From NCBI GenBank assembly GCA_964482405.1, contig CAYZXH010000002.1:1-61085 (forward strand): a DNA stretch of 61,085 nucleotides. The letters are read 5' to 3'. Positions 46,061 to 56,332 of this stretch are shown in pieces. How positions within the stretch are numbered: the stretch's first letter is position 1; every line of letters begins with the position of its first letter. Under the pieces are notes generated by a model that saw only the letters and a list, made by a program, of their open reading frames with translations, was not told the origin of the DNA and did not search any database. The position numbers and the translations under genes are program-made. The DNA comes from an uncultured Desulfurococcaceae archaeon. GTDB lineage: Archaea > Thermoproteota > Thermoprotei_A > Sulfolobales > NBVN01.

Positions 46061-47441
46061 GTATGTGTAAGGGTTTTCCTGAGGCTTCAGACACTACCTC
46101 GCTAAAGACTTCTGAGTAAGTTGGATGCGAGATTATGGTTTTCCTTAATTCCTCAACGTTTAAGCGGTGAGTAATCGCTAACGTGAACAAATGTATTACG
46201 TCAGCCGCGCCATTACCTACCACAGTAGCTCCTAGAATCTTACCCGTATTCTTCTCAACGATTAGTTTAGCAAAGCCTTCTGGCGTGGACTTAACAGACG
46301 TTGAGTCCCTGCCTAAAGCAACGTAAGGGAATCTGAAAACCTCATAGTCTACGCCGGCTCTAGAAGCTTGAGTCTCGTTCAAGCCAACGAACCCTATTTC
46401 CGGGTGAGTGTATATGACCATAGGTACAGGGCCTTTCGGGAGTGGTTCCTTAACTCCAGCAATAGTTTCTGCGGCAATCAAACCCTCTCTGAAAGCTTTG
46501 TGTGCCAGTAAGGGAGGCCCTGTGATATCGCCGGCCGCGTATATGTTCGGTATCGTGGTCCTCATGAATTCGTTAACTATTACACCACCCTTATTATCTA
46601 GCTCCACACCAACCTCGCTTAAGCCTATACCTGAGGTGTTGTAACTCCTCCCAGCCGCTATGAGCACCTTCTCTACCTTAATCTCCGTAGTCCCTCCCCT
46701 ACCCGTCACCCTAACTAACACCTCATTGTTTAAGTAGCCTGCGAACTGTGCTTGAGAAGACGTATATATCTTAACACCCGATCTCATTAAATACTTGTGG
46801 ATTACGTCACTCACATCCCTGTCTACCTCGGGAAGTATCTTATCCATTATCTCCACTAGATGTACCTCAACACCTAACTGAGCTAACGCTTCAGAAATCT
46901 CGCAACCTATAGCACCAGCACCTACTATCAGCATGGAGTTAGGTAAAGAATCTAGTTCGAAGAAATGCCTGTTATGAATAATCCTCTCGCCGTCGAAGCT
47001 GAAGGTAGGCACGGTCTTAGGTTCCGTTCCAGTAGCAACTATTATGTTGGTAGCTTCTAGTTCTGTGTTCACCTGACCCTCCACCTTGATAGTATGCGGA
47101 TCCTTAAGCTTACCAACACCCTGAATTACTACGGCATCACTAAGAAGGTACTTGACTCCCTCCCTAGCCTTAATCACCGCTCTAGAAACGTGCTTCAGCA
47201 CCTTACTCTTATCAATAGCGCTTATGCTTAAGGACACACCATACTTACCTAAAGATTTAGCGAGACTTACAGCATTCCCTAACTCGATCAAAGCCTTAGA
47301 AGGTATACAACCCCAATTACTACACTCACCACCCAAATATTTTCTCTCCACTAGAGCCACTCTAAGCCCTCTCTGAAGAGCAGTCACCGCGGCAACATAT
47401 CCTGCCGGGCCGCCGCCAAGAACAACGACGTCAAACCTCAA
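46047..47441 (-). CDS. dihydrolipoamide dehydrogenase-like pyridine nucleotide-disulfide oxidoreductase
   Basis: 464 aa; GGGPAGY, redox disulfide GGECSNWGCIPSK and the C-terminal dimerisation motif HPTYSE. Confidence 0.85.
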   Translation of the reverse strand: MRFDVVVLGGGPAGYVAAVTALQRGLRVALVERKYLGGECSNWGCIPSKALIELGNAVSLAKSLGKYGVSLSISAIDKSKVLKHVSRAVIKAREGVKYLLSDAVVIQGVGKLKDPHTIKVEGQVNTELEATNIIVATGTEPKTVPTFSFDGERIIHNRHFFELDSLPNSMLIVGAGAIGCEISEALAQLGVEVHLVEIMDKILPEVDRDVSDVIHKYLMRSGVKIYTSSQAQFAGYLNNEVLVRVTGRGGTTEIKVEKVLIAAGRSYNTSGIGLSEVGVELDNKGGVIVNEFMRTTIPNIYAAGDITGPPLLAHKAFREGLIAAETIAGVKEPLPKGPVPMVIYTHPEIGFVGLNETQASRAGVDYEVFRFPYVALGRDSTSVKSTPEGFAKLIVEKNTGKILGATVVGNGAADVIHLFTLAITHRLNVEELRKTIISHPTYSEVFSEVVSEASGKPLHIPKQK

Positions 47442-47549
47442 TTACATCAACCACAGTAAGTAATGAGACCAACATTTTAAGAATTAGCAACATAATTGAC
47501 TTGAACCTCAAGTAAGGTTTAACTAGCTTATCATCAAATTCGTAACAGC

Positions 47550-48575
47550 TTAGAAAGCGGGATTGCTCAACTTAACTCCCTCATACAATATGTTAGTTTT
47601 GAAGACTTGAGGAGTAACTAGCTTTAACACGTTGGTCAGTATCTCTAGGTTGTCCGGCAACGTTAAGGCTATGGAGGCTCCTCCACCCCCACCGCCTGTC
47701 AGCTTAGACCCTAGAGCACCGGCTAACCTAGCCGTATAAACTACTTCATTAAGTCTTCTCGAGGAGACTCCTAAAGCTTCTAGGAGGCCGTGGTTTATGT
47801 TCATTAAAGTACCTACTTCTCGTAGGTCGCCCTCAACAAGCGCTTTCTCGGCCTTTAGCGTGGTCTTACCTATATGTTCAAGTATGCCGTTAATTATTTC
47901 AGGGTGCTTCTCTCTCAGGTTCTTTACCCACGCGACCATATCTCTAGTGGTTCTCTCCCTCTCAACGTATGCCACGACTAAAGGCAACTCATCAGATACC
48001 TTCAGCGGGACCCTATATACTGTGTTTCCTTCAAACCATATCTTGAGAATGCCTCCGAACGTAGCTATCGAGGTATCCATGGGTGAGGCAATGCCCTGAA
48101 CACTCTTCTCGACCTCCCACCCAAGCCTCGCTATCTCTTCCTTACTTAGTTCATAACCTAGGCAGGTACTATATGCCGCGATCGTGGCTACCGATACCGC
48201 TGCTGAAGTTCCTAGTCCCGCTCCTACAGGCATCTCGGACCTTACTTCTAGACTCACACCCTTCCTAACACCTAAATACTCTGAGACTAACTCTATTGCT
48301 TTGTTTAAGTAACCTATAGCTGAGAGGGTTTTCCCGTAATCTGTCGTTATCTGGATCTCACCGTTGCTTATCGATACTATAACGCCTGAGGCTCTTAAGT
48401 CCTGCGCGTTTATCCTGATCTTATCATCATCACGTAATTCCGCGCTAACGTATATTCGCTTATCTATAGAGGCTACTATAGCCGGATACCCGTAAACGAC
48501 TGCATGCTCGCCGAAGAGCGTGACCTTACCTGGCGCGGAAGCCACCACTCTCCTCAACCAAACACCCATATGCAT
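47550..48575 (-). CDS. mvk: mevalonate kinase
   Basis: APGKVTLFGEHAVVYG and the GHMP motif PVGAGLGTSAAV. The track ORF (to 48728) is trimmed to ATG 48575, because the extension overlaps the nadE start and has no MVK homology. Confidence 0.88.
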   Translation of the reverse strand: MHMGVWLRRVVASAPGKVTLFGEHAVVYGYPAIVASIDKRIYVSAELRDDDKIRINAQDLRASGVIVSISNGEIQITTDYGKTLSAIGYLNKAIELVSEYLGVRKGVSLEVRSEMPVGAGLGTSAAVSVATIAAYSTCLGYELSKEEIARLGWEVEKSVQGIASPMDTSIATFGGILKIWFEGNTVYRVPLKVSDELPLVVAYVERERTTRDMVAWVKNLREKHPEIINGILEHIGKTTLKAEKALVEGDLREVGTLMNINHGLLEALGVSSRRLNEVVYTARLAGALGSKLTGGGGGGASIALTLPDNLEILTNVLKLVTPQVFKTNILYEGVKLSNPAF

Positions 48576-48622
48576 CTTATATGAGGGATTTAATTGTTTA
48601 ACACGTGGTAGGGTGGGGAACA

Positions 48623-48634
48623 TATTTTTATACG
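48623..48634. promoter_or_regulatory. AT-rich TATA-like element in the divergent mvk/nadE intergenic region
   Basis: atatttttatac lies about 35 nt upstream of nadE GTG 48667 (preceded by a GGGGTG SD-like sequence) and about 50 nt upstream of mvk ATG 48575. Confidence 0.3.
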
Positions 48635-48666
48635 TACGCGTATTCTTGACATTGGGGGTGTGATCG

Positions 48667-49488
48667 GTGCTACCGCCACACTTAAGCTTTGATTTCCATA
48701 AAGCTGAGAAGGTCATCACCGACTTCATCAGAGCTAAGGTTAGGGAGGCCGGCGCTTCAGGCGTTGTGTTAGGTCTTTCGGGAGGAGGGGACTCATCAGT
48801 ATGCGCTGCTCTCTCGGTCAGAGCGTTAGGGTCCTCCTCAGTTAAGGTAATTCACATGCCTGAAGCTGAGAGCAACCCTATATCAACCATAATAGCTAAT
48901 AAGGTAGCTGACGGTTTAGGTCTAGAACTAGAAATCATAGACATAACAGATATAGTCAGCGCTTTTCTTAAAACGATGAACATGGGTTACGAGTCGTCCA
49001 ATAAGCTGGTAAGGGGCAACATAAAAGCTAGGAGCAGGATGGTTATCCTCTACGCCATAGCTAATAAAGAAAACATGCTGGTAGTCGGTACTAGCGATCG
49101 CTCAGAACTCTTAATAGGTTTCTTCACTAAGTGGGGCGACGGGGCCGCGGATCTACACCCAATAATAGGGCTGTATAAGACTCAAGTAAGGGAATTCGCT
49201 AAATACCTTAACCTACCTACTGAAGTGATTTCCAGACCTCCTTCACCCGATTTATGGCCTGGACACACAGCCGAGGGGGAGCTAGGCTTAACGTACGACG
49301 AGATAGATGAGGTGCTTTACAGGTTGCTTGACGAGAAACGAGAACCTCGTGAAATATCCAGCATCTCAGGAATACCTATGGAAACCGTGGAGAAGGTAGT
49401 GAGGCTTTACGAGAAAACCAAACATAAGAGAGTTCTAGTGAACGCTCCCTTCCATTCGTTTAAAGACCTTCAAGCTCAAGCAATCTGA
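48667..49488 (+). CDS. nadE: NH3-dependent NAD+ synthetase
   Basis: 273 aa; PP-loop GLSGGGDSS; family pattern TSDRSELLIGFFTKWGDG. Confidence 0.9.
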   Translation: MLPPHLSFDFHKAEKVITDFIRAKVREAGASGVVLGLSGGGDSSVCAALSVRALGSSSVKVIHMPEAESNPISTIIANKVADGLGLELEIIDITDIVSAFLKTMNMGYESSNKLVRGNIKARSRMVILYAIANKENMLVVGTSDRSELLIGFFTKWGDGAADLHPIIGLYKTQVREFAKYLNLPTEVISRPPSPDLWPGHTAEGELGLTYDEIDEVLYRLLDEKREPREISSISGIPMETVEKVVRLYEKTKHKRVLVNAPFHSFKDLQAQAI

Positions 49489-49566
49489 GGATCTACTCTT
49501 AAAGAGGTTTGAGTTTTTCGATTACAACGTCTTATAAGACATGAAAAGATATTTTATTGGTAGCAT

Positions 49567-50727
49567 ATGGGGGAGTATTTAAGATACGCTGAGTTCATGA
49601 GGCCTGACTCGCTAAGGGTTTGGAGAAGTGATAAGATTAAGGAGAGGCTTTCATGGTATTATTCTGTTATGCGAGGCTTGAGACCCCCTAAGTACCTCAT
49701 AGTCAAGAGCATGGCTCTATCCTTAAGGAGTGATGAGTTAACGACGTTGAGCACGGAGGAGTTACTGAGAGAACACGTGAGGATGCAGACGGTCTTCAAA
49801 GAATTGTGGGGTGAGGTTAGGGAGTCTAGCAATCCCTGGAAATACGTGAGGAACGTGGTCGAGGCACCTACTTTCCTAGACTTAAAGATAGAGTTAGCTA
49901 ATAGGCTCGCAAGCCCGTGCAGACTTTGTGAGTGGAAGTGTAATGCGCTGAGAAGTGAGGGGAGAATGGGGTATTGTAGGGTGGTCGGGCTTAACGCGTA
50001 TGTTGATACATTCTTTCATCACATGGGGGAGGAAGCTCCTCTAGTTCCTTCAGGCACGATATTTTACGTTGGCTGCAACTTCAGGTGTGTGTATTGCCAG
50101 AACTGGAGTATAAGCCAGCGGGAGGGGCTACCCTCAGAAGAGAAGAGCCCTGAAGAGTTAGCGGACGTGCAGAAGTGGCTCGCGTTAAACGGTGCTAGAA
50201 ACATAAACCACGTTGGCGGGGACCCGACCCCTAACATACCTGCTATACTGAAATCACTTAAGTTTTTGAACGTGAAGACCCCTCAACTATGGAATAGCAA
50301 CATGTACTTAAGTAAAGAGGCTATGGAGCTCATAATGGACGTTATAGACATATGGTTGCCGGACCTTAAGTACGGTAACGATTCCTGCGCTCTCAAATAC
50401 TCTATAGTCAAGAACTACTTCGAGGTAGCTTCTAGAAACATAAAGATAGCGCATGATTCAGGCGATATCATAATAAGGCATTTAGTGCTTCCTAACCACG
50501 TAGAGTGTTGCACTAGGAACGTACTTAAGTGGATTTCAGAAAATACTAGGAGAGCGTTGACTAACATAATGGATCAGTACAGACCCGAATACTTAGTTGT
50601 TAGACAACCTGATAAGTGGAGTGAGATAAGGAGGCGGGTCAGTGTAGAGGAACTTAAGAAAGCTTTTGAGTTAGCGAGGGAATACGGTTTTGAAGGCCCT
50701 GTTGAGGACTTGTGGTATCTGGAATAA
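49567..50727 (+). CDS. radical SAM protein, PflX-like (COG1313)
   Basis: 386 aa; CNFRCVYCQNW CxxxCxxC motif preceded by a Cys-rich segment (CRLCEWKC..C). Confidence 0.8.
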   Translation: MGEYLRYAEFMRPDSLRVWRSDKIKERLSWYYSVMRGLRPPKYLIVKSMALSLRSDELTTLSTEELLREHVRMQTVFKELWGEVRESSNPWKYVRNVVEAPTFLDLKIELANRLASPCRLCEWKCNALRSEGRMGYCRVVGLNAYVDTFFHHMGEEAPLVPSGTIFYVGCNFRCVYCQNWSISQREGLPSEEKSPEELADVQKWLALNGARNINHVGGDPTPNIPAILKSLKFLNVKTPQLWNSNMYLSKEAMELIMDVIDIWLPDLKYGNDSCALKYSIVKNYFEVASRNIKIAHDSGDIIIRHLVLPNHVECCTRNVLKWISENTRRALTNIMDQYRPEYLVVRQPDKWSEIRRRVSVEELKKAFELAREYGFEGPVEDLWYLE

Positions 50728-50795
50728 GCTTAATTACCAGCCACACCCATATTTACCGGTGTTCGAGACGCGTTTGGGAGAAAGGGGTCTAAGTA

Positions 50796-51692
50796 ATGAG
50801 GGCTGTTCACGCGTCCTTCACCCTTAACTTAGCGTCACTTATCCTAAAATTAACTAGCACGCTTAACGCTACTTCAGTAGCTGTCAGCGCGGAGTTTCTT
50901 CACTCTCTAGGCGACACCGTAGGCTCGGGCCTCCTAGTCTTAGGTCTTTCCGTGAGTAAGAGGGGACCCTCTACGAGGTATCCCTTCGGTTTAGGCAGAG
51001 CCATATATGTCTTCGGGTTGATAGCATCAGCAATTCTTGGGGGGTTTCTCTTCGCCATAACATCCACCTCTGGAATTCAACAACTCCTTATAATGGAGGA
51101 GGTCTCGTCTTCCACGCTTTCCGTAGCGTCACTCACGACCGCGTTAATTCTAGATCTAGCGGTGTTTTCCTGGAGCTTAATAGAGTTTAGGAAAACGCCG
51201 GGGGATCCGGCCTCCAGAGGGACTTTAGTCGAGAACTTTGCTGATACTGTTGGCGGGCTCGCAGCCTTAATATCGTTAGTTACCGGTAATCCTCGGATCG
51301 ACGGGGTGGGAGCTCTGATAGTATCGGGTATCTTACTCTCTTCCTCAGTTCTCCTCAGTTATAGGTACTTTGAAGTCTTGGTAGGTAAGTCAGCACCTAA
51401 AAACATCGTTGGCAGAGCCGTTAAGATAGTGTTGTCGGATCCTAGAATAGTTGACGTTAATGACGTGAAATCCTTATTCATAGGACCTGACGAGTACCTC
51501 ATCGTCTTACAGGTTGAGGTACCAGAAGCGACTAGCGTGGAGGAGGTAGATAGTGTGAGAAAAGAGCTGAGCGAGAGGATTCGTGAGGGGTTGCCGGAGG
51601 TCAAGCACGTGATAATAGAATTCCAAAAACCTACGTCACCTCCAATGAGTTTCAAGAAAGTGCTTAAAGAGATAATAACTTTGGGGGATTAA
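50796..51692 (+). CDS. cation diffusion facilitator (CDF) family metal transporter
   Basis: 298 aa with about 5-6 TM, an HSLGD motif in TM2 and a C-terminal cytoplasmic alpha/beta domain. Confidence 0.7.
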   Translation: MRAVHASFTLNLASLILKLTSTLNATSVAVSAEFLHSLGDTVGSGLLVLGLSVSKRGPSTRYPFGLGRAIYVFGLIASAILGGFLFAITSTSGIQQLLIMEEVSSSTLSVASLTTALILDLAVFSWSLIEFRKTPGDPASRGTLVENFADTVGGLAALISLVTGNPRIDGVGALIVSGILLSSSVLLSYRYFEVLVGKSAPKNIVGRAVKIVLSDPRIVDVNDVKSLFIGPDEYLIVLQVEVPEATSVEEVDSVRKELSERIREGLPEVKHVIIEFQKPTSPPMSFKKVLKEIITLGD

Positions 51693-51884
51693 AACAGCAT
51701 CAAGAAATTCGTAGATGCTAAAATCCCTTTAATTTCTGTGTGCTGAAGCGTTAAACCCGTGAAAAACATGACTTAACTTAATTAAACACAGGAAAACCCA
51801 CTGACTAAAAAGTGAGATCTTTTACTGCAAAAGCCTAACCCCTTATAAAGTAATGAAGCGGAATAGTTGTTTTAGGGGAGTTGC

Positions 51885-52217
51885 TTGACGTATAATGTGC
51901 TAAGTAAAGATGAAGTCAGCGAGATGATGTTCGAGGAGAAAACAGCTTCTGAAGAAGTTGTCAGCAGGTTTGGTCTTGTAATGAAAATAGATAGTAGGGG
52001 TCACGTAGCTGACGTGGTAGTGAATGTTCCTACGAGGGCGGTAGATCCTGAGGTAATAGCTAAGATATCGGTCATAATGAGGGTTCTTGCCGAAAATTTA
52101 CTTAGCTATGTCAGCTCTCAAAGAGTTGAGGAAATCAACGTGAGTTTCAATAATGGGATGCTCTTGATAATACCTGAAGGCAATGAAATTAGAGTTGCTT
52201 TAATGACCTCGCCCTAA
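51885..52217 (+). CDS. small soluble protein, possibly Roadblock/LC7 (MglB-like) fold
   Basis: 110-aa ORF with an alternating hydrophobic pattern and C-terminal NGMLLIIPEGNEIRVAL reminiscent of Roadblock/LC7; weak. Confidence 0.4.
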   Translation: MTYNVLSKDEVSEMMFEEKTASEEVVSRFGLVMKIDSRGHVADVVVNVPTRAVDPEVIAKISVIMRVLAENLLSYVSSQRVEEINVSFNNGMLLIIPEGNEIRVALMTSP

Positions 52218-52316
52218 GCTGGGACACTACGAGATAAGTTCCTGAAATCAAGTGAACACAACTTACCATAAAAATTGATAGCGTTTTAAGTCTTAAGGTT
52301 TCTTGCGTATATATGC

Positions 52317-52550
52317 TTACTTGTTTCCTCTTAGACTAGGTAGCTTAACTACTTCAACAGCTATCCCATCATCTCTCTTCCTGAGAATGACTTCCTGTAA
52401 TACCTTCCTATAACCGCACGCCTTACACTTAATGACGTACCTAGCTAACTTATACCCATTACTTAACTCGACTTCCCCGTAGTATGTCACGCGTTTACCG
52501 CAAGCAGGGCACCTAGCTCCGTCAGCACTACTCAGCGTCACTACACTCAC
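52317..52550 (-). CDS. zinc-ribbon protein (CPACG...CKACG)
   Basis: 77-aa ORF with two CxxC pairs spaced like a zinc ribbon. Confidence 0.5.
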   Translation of the reverse strand: MSVVTLSSADGARCPACGKRVTYYGEVELSNGYKLARYVIKCKACGYRKVLQEVILRKRDDGIAVEVVKLPSLRGNK

Positions 52551-52659
52551 CTCGTCGCTGGTTTCTCTTTTCCTCTCAAATTGTTATTTGGTCTAACTAG
52601 TAAATAAGTTCATTACATAAACAAATTTTACGAGTGGTTTCCCGGCAATTACGCGGAAT

Positions 52660-53193
52660 CTAATCTAGCTCAAGACCGGCTCTTAAAGCTTTAACATTTA
52701 CGTCGTAGAGGTTTTCCGAAATAATTTCCTTCAAAGCTTTCTCAACGTATTCTGCCTTCTGAACGCCTGTCTTCGCGATTATGTGACCTAAAGCTACCAT
52801 ATTAGCTACTCTGGAAGTTCCAGCCACCTTCTCAGCTATCTCGTTATACGGTCTCATGAAAACTTTCTGTGTTGTGTACGGGTGTTCCTTAATGAATGTA
52901 GAGTTAATGAATACATACGCGTCTCTCTTCAAGATTTCCGAGTATTTCATTAAGTTGTAGGGGTACATGAAGAGAGCTATATCAGCGTTCAATACTTTCA
53001 CGTAATCCATCTCCTCATACTTATCAGAAACTATTAGGTCTACGCGTGACTCCCCACCCCTAGTCTCGGAAGTGTATGATTCCACGCCGGTGACGTAGAG
53101 GTTAGCGTACTTAGATGTAGCGACTCCTAAAACACGCCCTAGAAGCAGGATTCCCTGCCCCCCTCTCCCGACTAGGAGTATCTCTATCTTCAC
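52660..53193 (-). CDS. 2-oxoacid:ferredoxin oxidoreductase, gamma subunit
   Basis: 177 aa; GRGGQGILL motif; last gene of the delta-alpha-beta-gamma operon, with a 4-nt overlap. Confidence 0.88.
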   Translation of the reverse strand: MKIEILLVGRGGQGILLLGRVLGVATSKYANLYVTGVESYTSETRGGESRVDLIVSDKYEEMDYVKVLNADIALFMYPYNLMKYSEILKRDAYVFINSTFIKEHPYTTQKVFMRPYNEIAEKVAGTSRVANMVALGHIIAKTGVQKAEYVEKALKEIISENLYDVNVKALRAGLELD

Positions 53194-54026
53194 TTCGACC
53201 CCCTCCTAATCCTATCCGAATAACCCGGGTTCTCACGAACTAAATACTCTCCTATAACGAAGCCTTTCCCCCAGTCAAGATCCGATTCTTCGATGCTGGG
53301 CGATTGTTTAACGACTACCTTACTCTTTAGTGTGTTGTAGAGTGTGAAGGGATCCCTCATACCTATGTGTCTACCGAATATCTCAGGGCAGGTGGAGAGT
53401 ATTTCTATGAACCTGAACCCCCTCATACCTAGAGCTTTATACATGTACTGCTCTATCAGCGCCGGGTGCGTGACTGAAGCTCTAGCCACGTAGTTAGCGT
53501 TAAGAGAGGAAACAACTTTGACTACGTTTAGAGGTGGTTCAGGATTCCCGTGAGGCGTTGTGGTTGTGTAAAGTCCGAGCGGTGTTGTGGGAGCTACCTG
53601 TCCCCCTGTCATCGCGTAAACGAAGTTAGTTATCATAAGGACTATCAAGTCCATATTTCTTTTAGCCGCGTGAAGTAAGTGATTACCTCCTATGCCAGCG
53701 ATATCGCCATCCCCGCCGATAACCACCACCTCTAGTTCAGGTTTAGCTAGCTTAGCGCCCGTAGCGAAAGCTATGGCCCTCCCGTGCAGGGTGTGTGCTG
53801 CATCAAAATTAACGTAGAATGAAGTCCTAGCAGAGCAACCAATACCTGTAACGAAGACTAAGTTCTCCTTTTTAAGTGTTCCCTCCTTAATTCTCCTGTC
53901 TATAGCTCTCATTATGCCTCCTAGAGCTATCCCGAGCCCGCAACCAGGACACCATATGTGTGGTAGCCTCGCAGTCCTCAAGTATTTGTCTAGCGGGTGA
54001 GAACTCTCCAAAGCGCTCACAACCAT
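53190..54026 (-). CDS. 2-oxoacid:ferredoxin oxidoreductase, beta (TPP-binding) subunit
   Basis: 278 aa; WCPGCG, GIGCS and the TPP motif GGDGDIAGIGGNH. Confidence 0.92.
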   Translation of the reverse strand: MVVSALESSHPLDKYLRTARLPHIWCPGCGLGIALGGIMRAIDRRIKEGTLKKENLVFVTGIGCSARTSFYVNFDAAHTLHGRAIAFATGAKLAKPELEVVVIGGDGDIAGIGGNHLLHAAKRNMDLIVLMITNFVYAMTGGQVAPTTPLGLYTTTTPHGNPEPPLNVVKVVSSLNANYVARASVTHPALIEQYMYKALGMRGFRFIEILSTCPEIFGRHIGMRDPFTLYNTLKSKVVVKQSPSIEESDLDWGKGFVIGEYLVRENPGYSDRIRRGSK

Positions 54027-55141
54027 TTCCTAACACCCTCCACGATATCTTTAGGTTCAGGTATTTCCAAGTCTAGTAGTGGTAAAGAAATTACTTTGTC
54101 GTTCCCAGTCACTCTCTCAACATCGTATACTAACTTACCCATATTATTTTCCACAACGAATATCTTCTCAGCCTCCTCGCAATACTTCCTAAGCGTTTCA
54201 AGCTTAAGAGGCGATAATGTTTTAAGCCTAAGCAAGCCTGCTTTAATACCTGATTTCCTGAGGATCCTGACAGCAGCTAATGCTGACCTAGCTGTAGAAC
54301 CGAACGAGACTAGCAGGTACTTGTAATCATCACCGTAGTAAGTCTCTACCTCAAATAACGAGTCAACCCTGCTCAAAACCTTGCTGACAATCCTTTTAAC
54401 TAAGTTGCAATAAGTCTCTCTATCTTGCCTGTAGAACCCCCTCTCATCATGTATTAAAGACTCAACTATCACGTTATAGCCCTCGCCAAATGTCGCCATA
54501 GGAGGCACTAAATCATTGTCTGGCTTGTAAGGCAGGTACTCATCCGGCGGGTTACTAGGCTTCTTCCTGTTGATTACCTCTATCTCTCCAGGCTCCGCTA
54601 GAAGCACAGACTCCCATAAGTGAGCGACTACCGCGTCTGAAAGAAGTATTACAGGGGTCCTCAGAGACTCTGCTACGTTAAACGCTTTTATGGTTAAGTC
54701 GTAAGCTTCTTGAGCAGACCACGGAGCGAAGACCGGGATGACATAATCCCCGTGCGCGCCGTACCTGACTTGCATAACGTCACTTTGAGAAGTCTTAGTA
54801 GGTACTCCCGTTGAAGGCCCTGCCCTCATAACGTCCACCACAACTAATGGAGTCTCAGTTATTATGGCGAGGCCTAGAGCCTCAAGCATGAGTGAGAATC
54901 CAGGGCCTGACGTAGCTGTCATAGACTTGACCCCAGCCCACGAAGCACCTATTGCGGCGTTTATTGATGCGATCTCATCCTCGAACTGTATGACCACTCC
55001 ACCGATATTAGGTAACTTCTCGGCTAAATATTCCATTATATCAGAAGCGGGTGTTATCGGGTATCCGGCAAAAAATCTCATCCCGGCGGCAATGGCGCCC
55101 TCAGCTATTGCTATGTTGCCGGAAATAAAAGATTTCTTCAT
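54017..55141 (-). CDS. 2-oxoacid:ferredoxin oxidoreductase, alpha subunit
   Basis: 374 aa; GNIAIAEGAIAAG..GYPITPAS N-terminus is typical of POR/KOR/VOR alpha subunits. Confidence 0.92.
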   Translation of the reverse strand: MKKSFISGNIAIAEGAIAAGMRFFAGYPITPASDIMEYLAEKLPNIGGVVIQFEDEIASINAAIGASWAGVKSMTATSGPGFSLMLEALGLAIITETPLVVVDVMRAGPSTGVPTKTSQSDVMQVRYGAHGDYVIPVFAPWSAQEAYDLTIKAFNVAESLRTPVILLSDAVVAHLWESVLLAEPGEIEVINRKKPSNPPDEYLPYKPDNDLVPPMATFGEGYNVIVESLIHDERGFYRQDRETYCNLVKRIVSKVLSRVDSLFEVETYYGDDYKYLLVSFGSTARSALAAVRILRKSGIKAGLLRLKTLSPLKLETLRKYCEEAEKIFVVENNMGKLVYDVERVTGNDKVISLPLLDLEIPEPKDIVEGVRKWL

Positions 55142-55368
55142 TTCTTGACGACCTCCACGAAGATGGCGAAGTCAGGGCAGTTATATTCGCAAAGCCTGCA
55201 ACCAATACATCTATCAATGTTGGCTGGAAGTGGGTACCTAAAACCATGCTCGTTGTGTTTATCTCCCTTCACCAAGACCTTGGTAGGGCAAACACCTATG
55301 CATATACCGCACTCTTTACACCTGTTTTTTATTATGTTGACGCGGAACTTCATACTAGAAGCACTCAC
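55138..55368 (-). CDS. 2-oxoacid:ferredoxin oxidoreductase, delta (2x[4Fe-4S]) subunit
   Basis: 76 aa; CKECGICIGVCP and CIGCRLCEYNCP. The start is GTG 55368 or ATG 55353. Confidence 0.88.
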   Translation of the reverse strand: MSASSMKFRVNIIKNRCKECGICIGVCPTKVLVKGDKHNEHGFRYPLPANIDRCIGCRLCEYNCPDFAIFVEVVKK

Positions 55369-55370
55369 TA

Positions 55371-55384
55371 AACTAGTACTAGTT
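55371..55384. promoter_or_regulatory. perfect 14-bp palindrome upstream of the oxidoreductase operon
   Basis: aactagtactagtt (self-complementary) lies 3-16 nt upstream of GTG 55368; possible operator or 5-prime UTR hairpin. Confidence 0.25.
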
Positions 55385-55554
55385 GATGTGTGTGTTACCT
55401 GTAACCCCCATCACCTGTTAATATTCTTGATTAGAGTTAAAAAATATTTTGCTAAAGTTAAAACTAATTTAAGTAAAGGTAATACCTGAATAATCTCCAT
55501 AAACACTCACTACAGAGAAGTGTTTTTAAGTGTGGCTAGAAAATATGTTGGTGT

Positions 55555-56286
55555 GTGGTGTTGTCTGCTCACAGGATGCTGAGGAATGGTGAGAGAACCA
55601 TAGTGCTTGCAGTGAATTACCCACCACCAGACCTAATCGGGCTAGATATGTTGCTTGACAGAATATATAACTACGTGTCAGGTATTAAGATTGGCCTCCC
55701 TTACGTGCTCAGGTATGGTCTCAAGAGCATAAGCTACCTGATTAGTAGGCGTAAAGACAAGTACTACTTCATCGCTGACTTGAAGCTAGCTGACATAGCT
55801 GACGTTATGTTACCCGTCGTTGAGGAGTTGTCTGAGGTCGGTTTCCAAGGCGTTGTATCCCACGCTTTCATAGGGTATAAAGGGGCTTTAGAACCTCTCT
55901 CATCAAGAGTTAAGGATCTGGGAATGGAGCTCTTTCTACAGGTATCTTTACCTCATGAAGGAGCTAGTGAAGTCATTGACCAATCATATCACTTAATAAA
56001 GAACGTTCTTAACCTGACCGACGCTTCAGGACTAATAATACCGGCTAGCAAGGGTTTCATGATAAGGGAAATCAGGTCGAGTTTCGGCGCGAGGCACGTG
56101 ATCTTAGCTTCAGGCATATTGAGGATGGGTGCGAAACCTGGTGAAGGTATTTGTTACGGTGCTGACGCGGAGGTTGTTGGGAGAGCGATAACCCTCTCAA
56201 CGAATCCCGAGAGCGCTATCAAGGAAATAATCTCTTCTCAGAGAGCTTACGTAGAGAGCAGGAGGAATCTGTGTGTTAGAACATGA
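55555..56286 (+). CDS. pyrF: orotidine 5-prime-phosphate decarboxylase
   Basis: 243 aa; active-site DLKLADI, IKIGLP and a C-terminal GRAI motif; GTG start. Confidence 0.8.
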   Translation: MVLSAHRMLRNGERTIVLAVNYPPPDLIGLDMLLDRIYNYVSGIKIGLPYVLRYGLKSISYLISRRKDKYYFIADLKLADIADVMLPVVEELSEVGFQGVVSHAFIGYKGALEPLSSRVKDLGMELFLQVSLPHEGASEVIDQSYHLIKNVLNLTDASGLIIPASKGFMIREIRSSFGARHVILASGILRMGAKPGEGICYGADAEVVGRAITLSTNPESAIKEIISSQRAYVESRRNLCVRT

Positions 56287-56332
56287 AAGTTCTTTATAAT
56301 TTGAGAAAACAACTTGAAATAGAGGTAGTAAA

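Noticed and set aside
48576-48728. 51-codon N-terminal extension of the mevalonate kinase ORF.
   Set aside because: The extension has no MVK homology and covers the promoter region and the start of divergent nadE. The conserved MVK N-terminus begins right after ATG 48575.
51830-51862. Possible fifth degenerate copy of the hairpin repeat (aaaagcctaaccccttataaag).
   Set aside because: Similarity is limited to about 12 nt and there is no hairpin or GGAGGAGGTCAG tail. The tract is better explained as the TATA box region of the 51885 gene.
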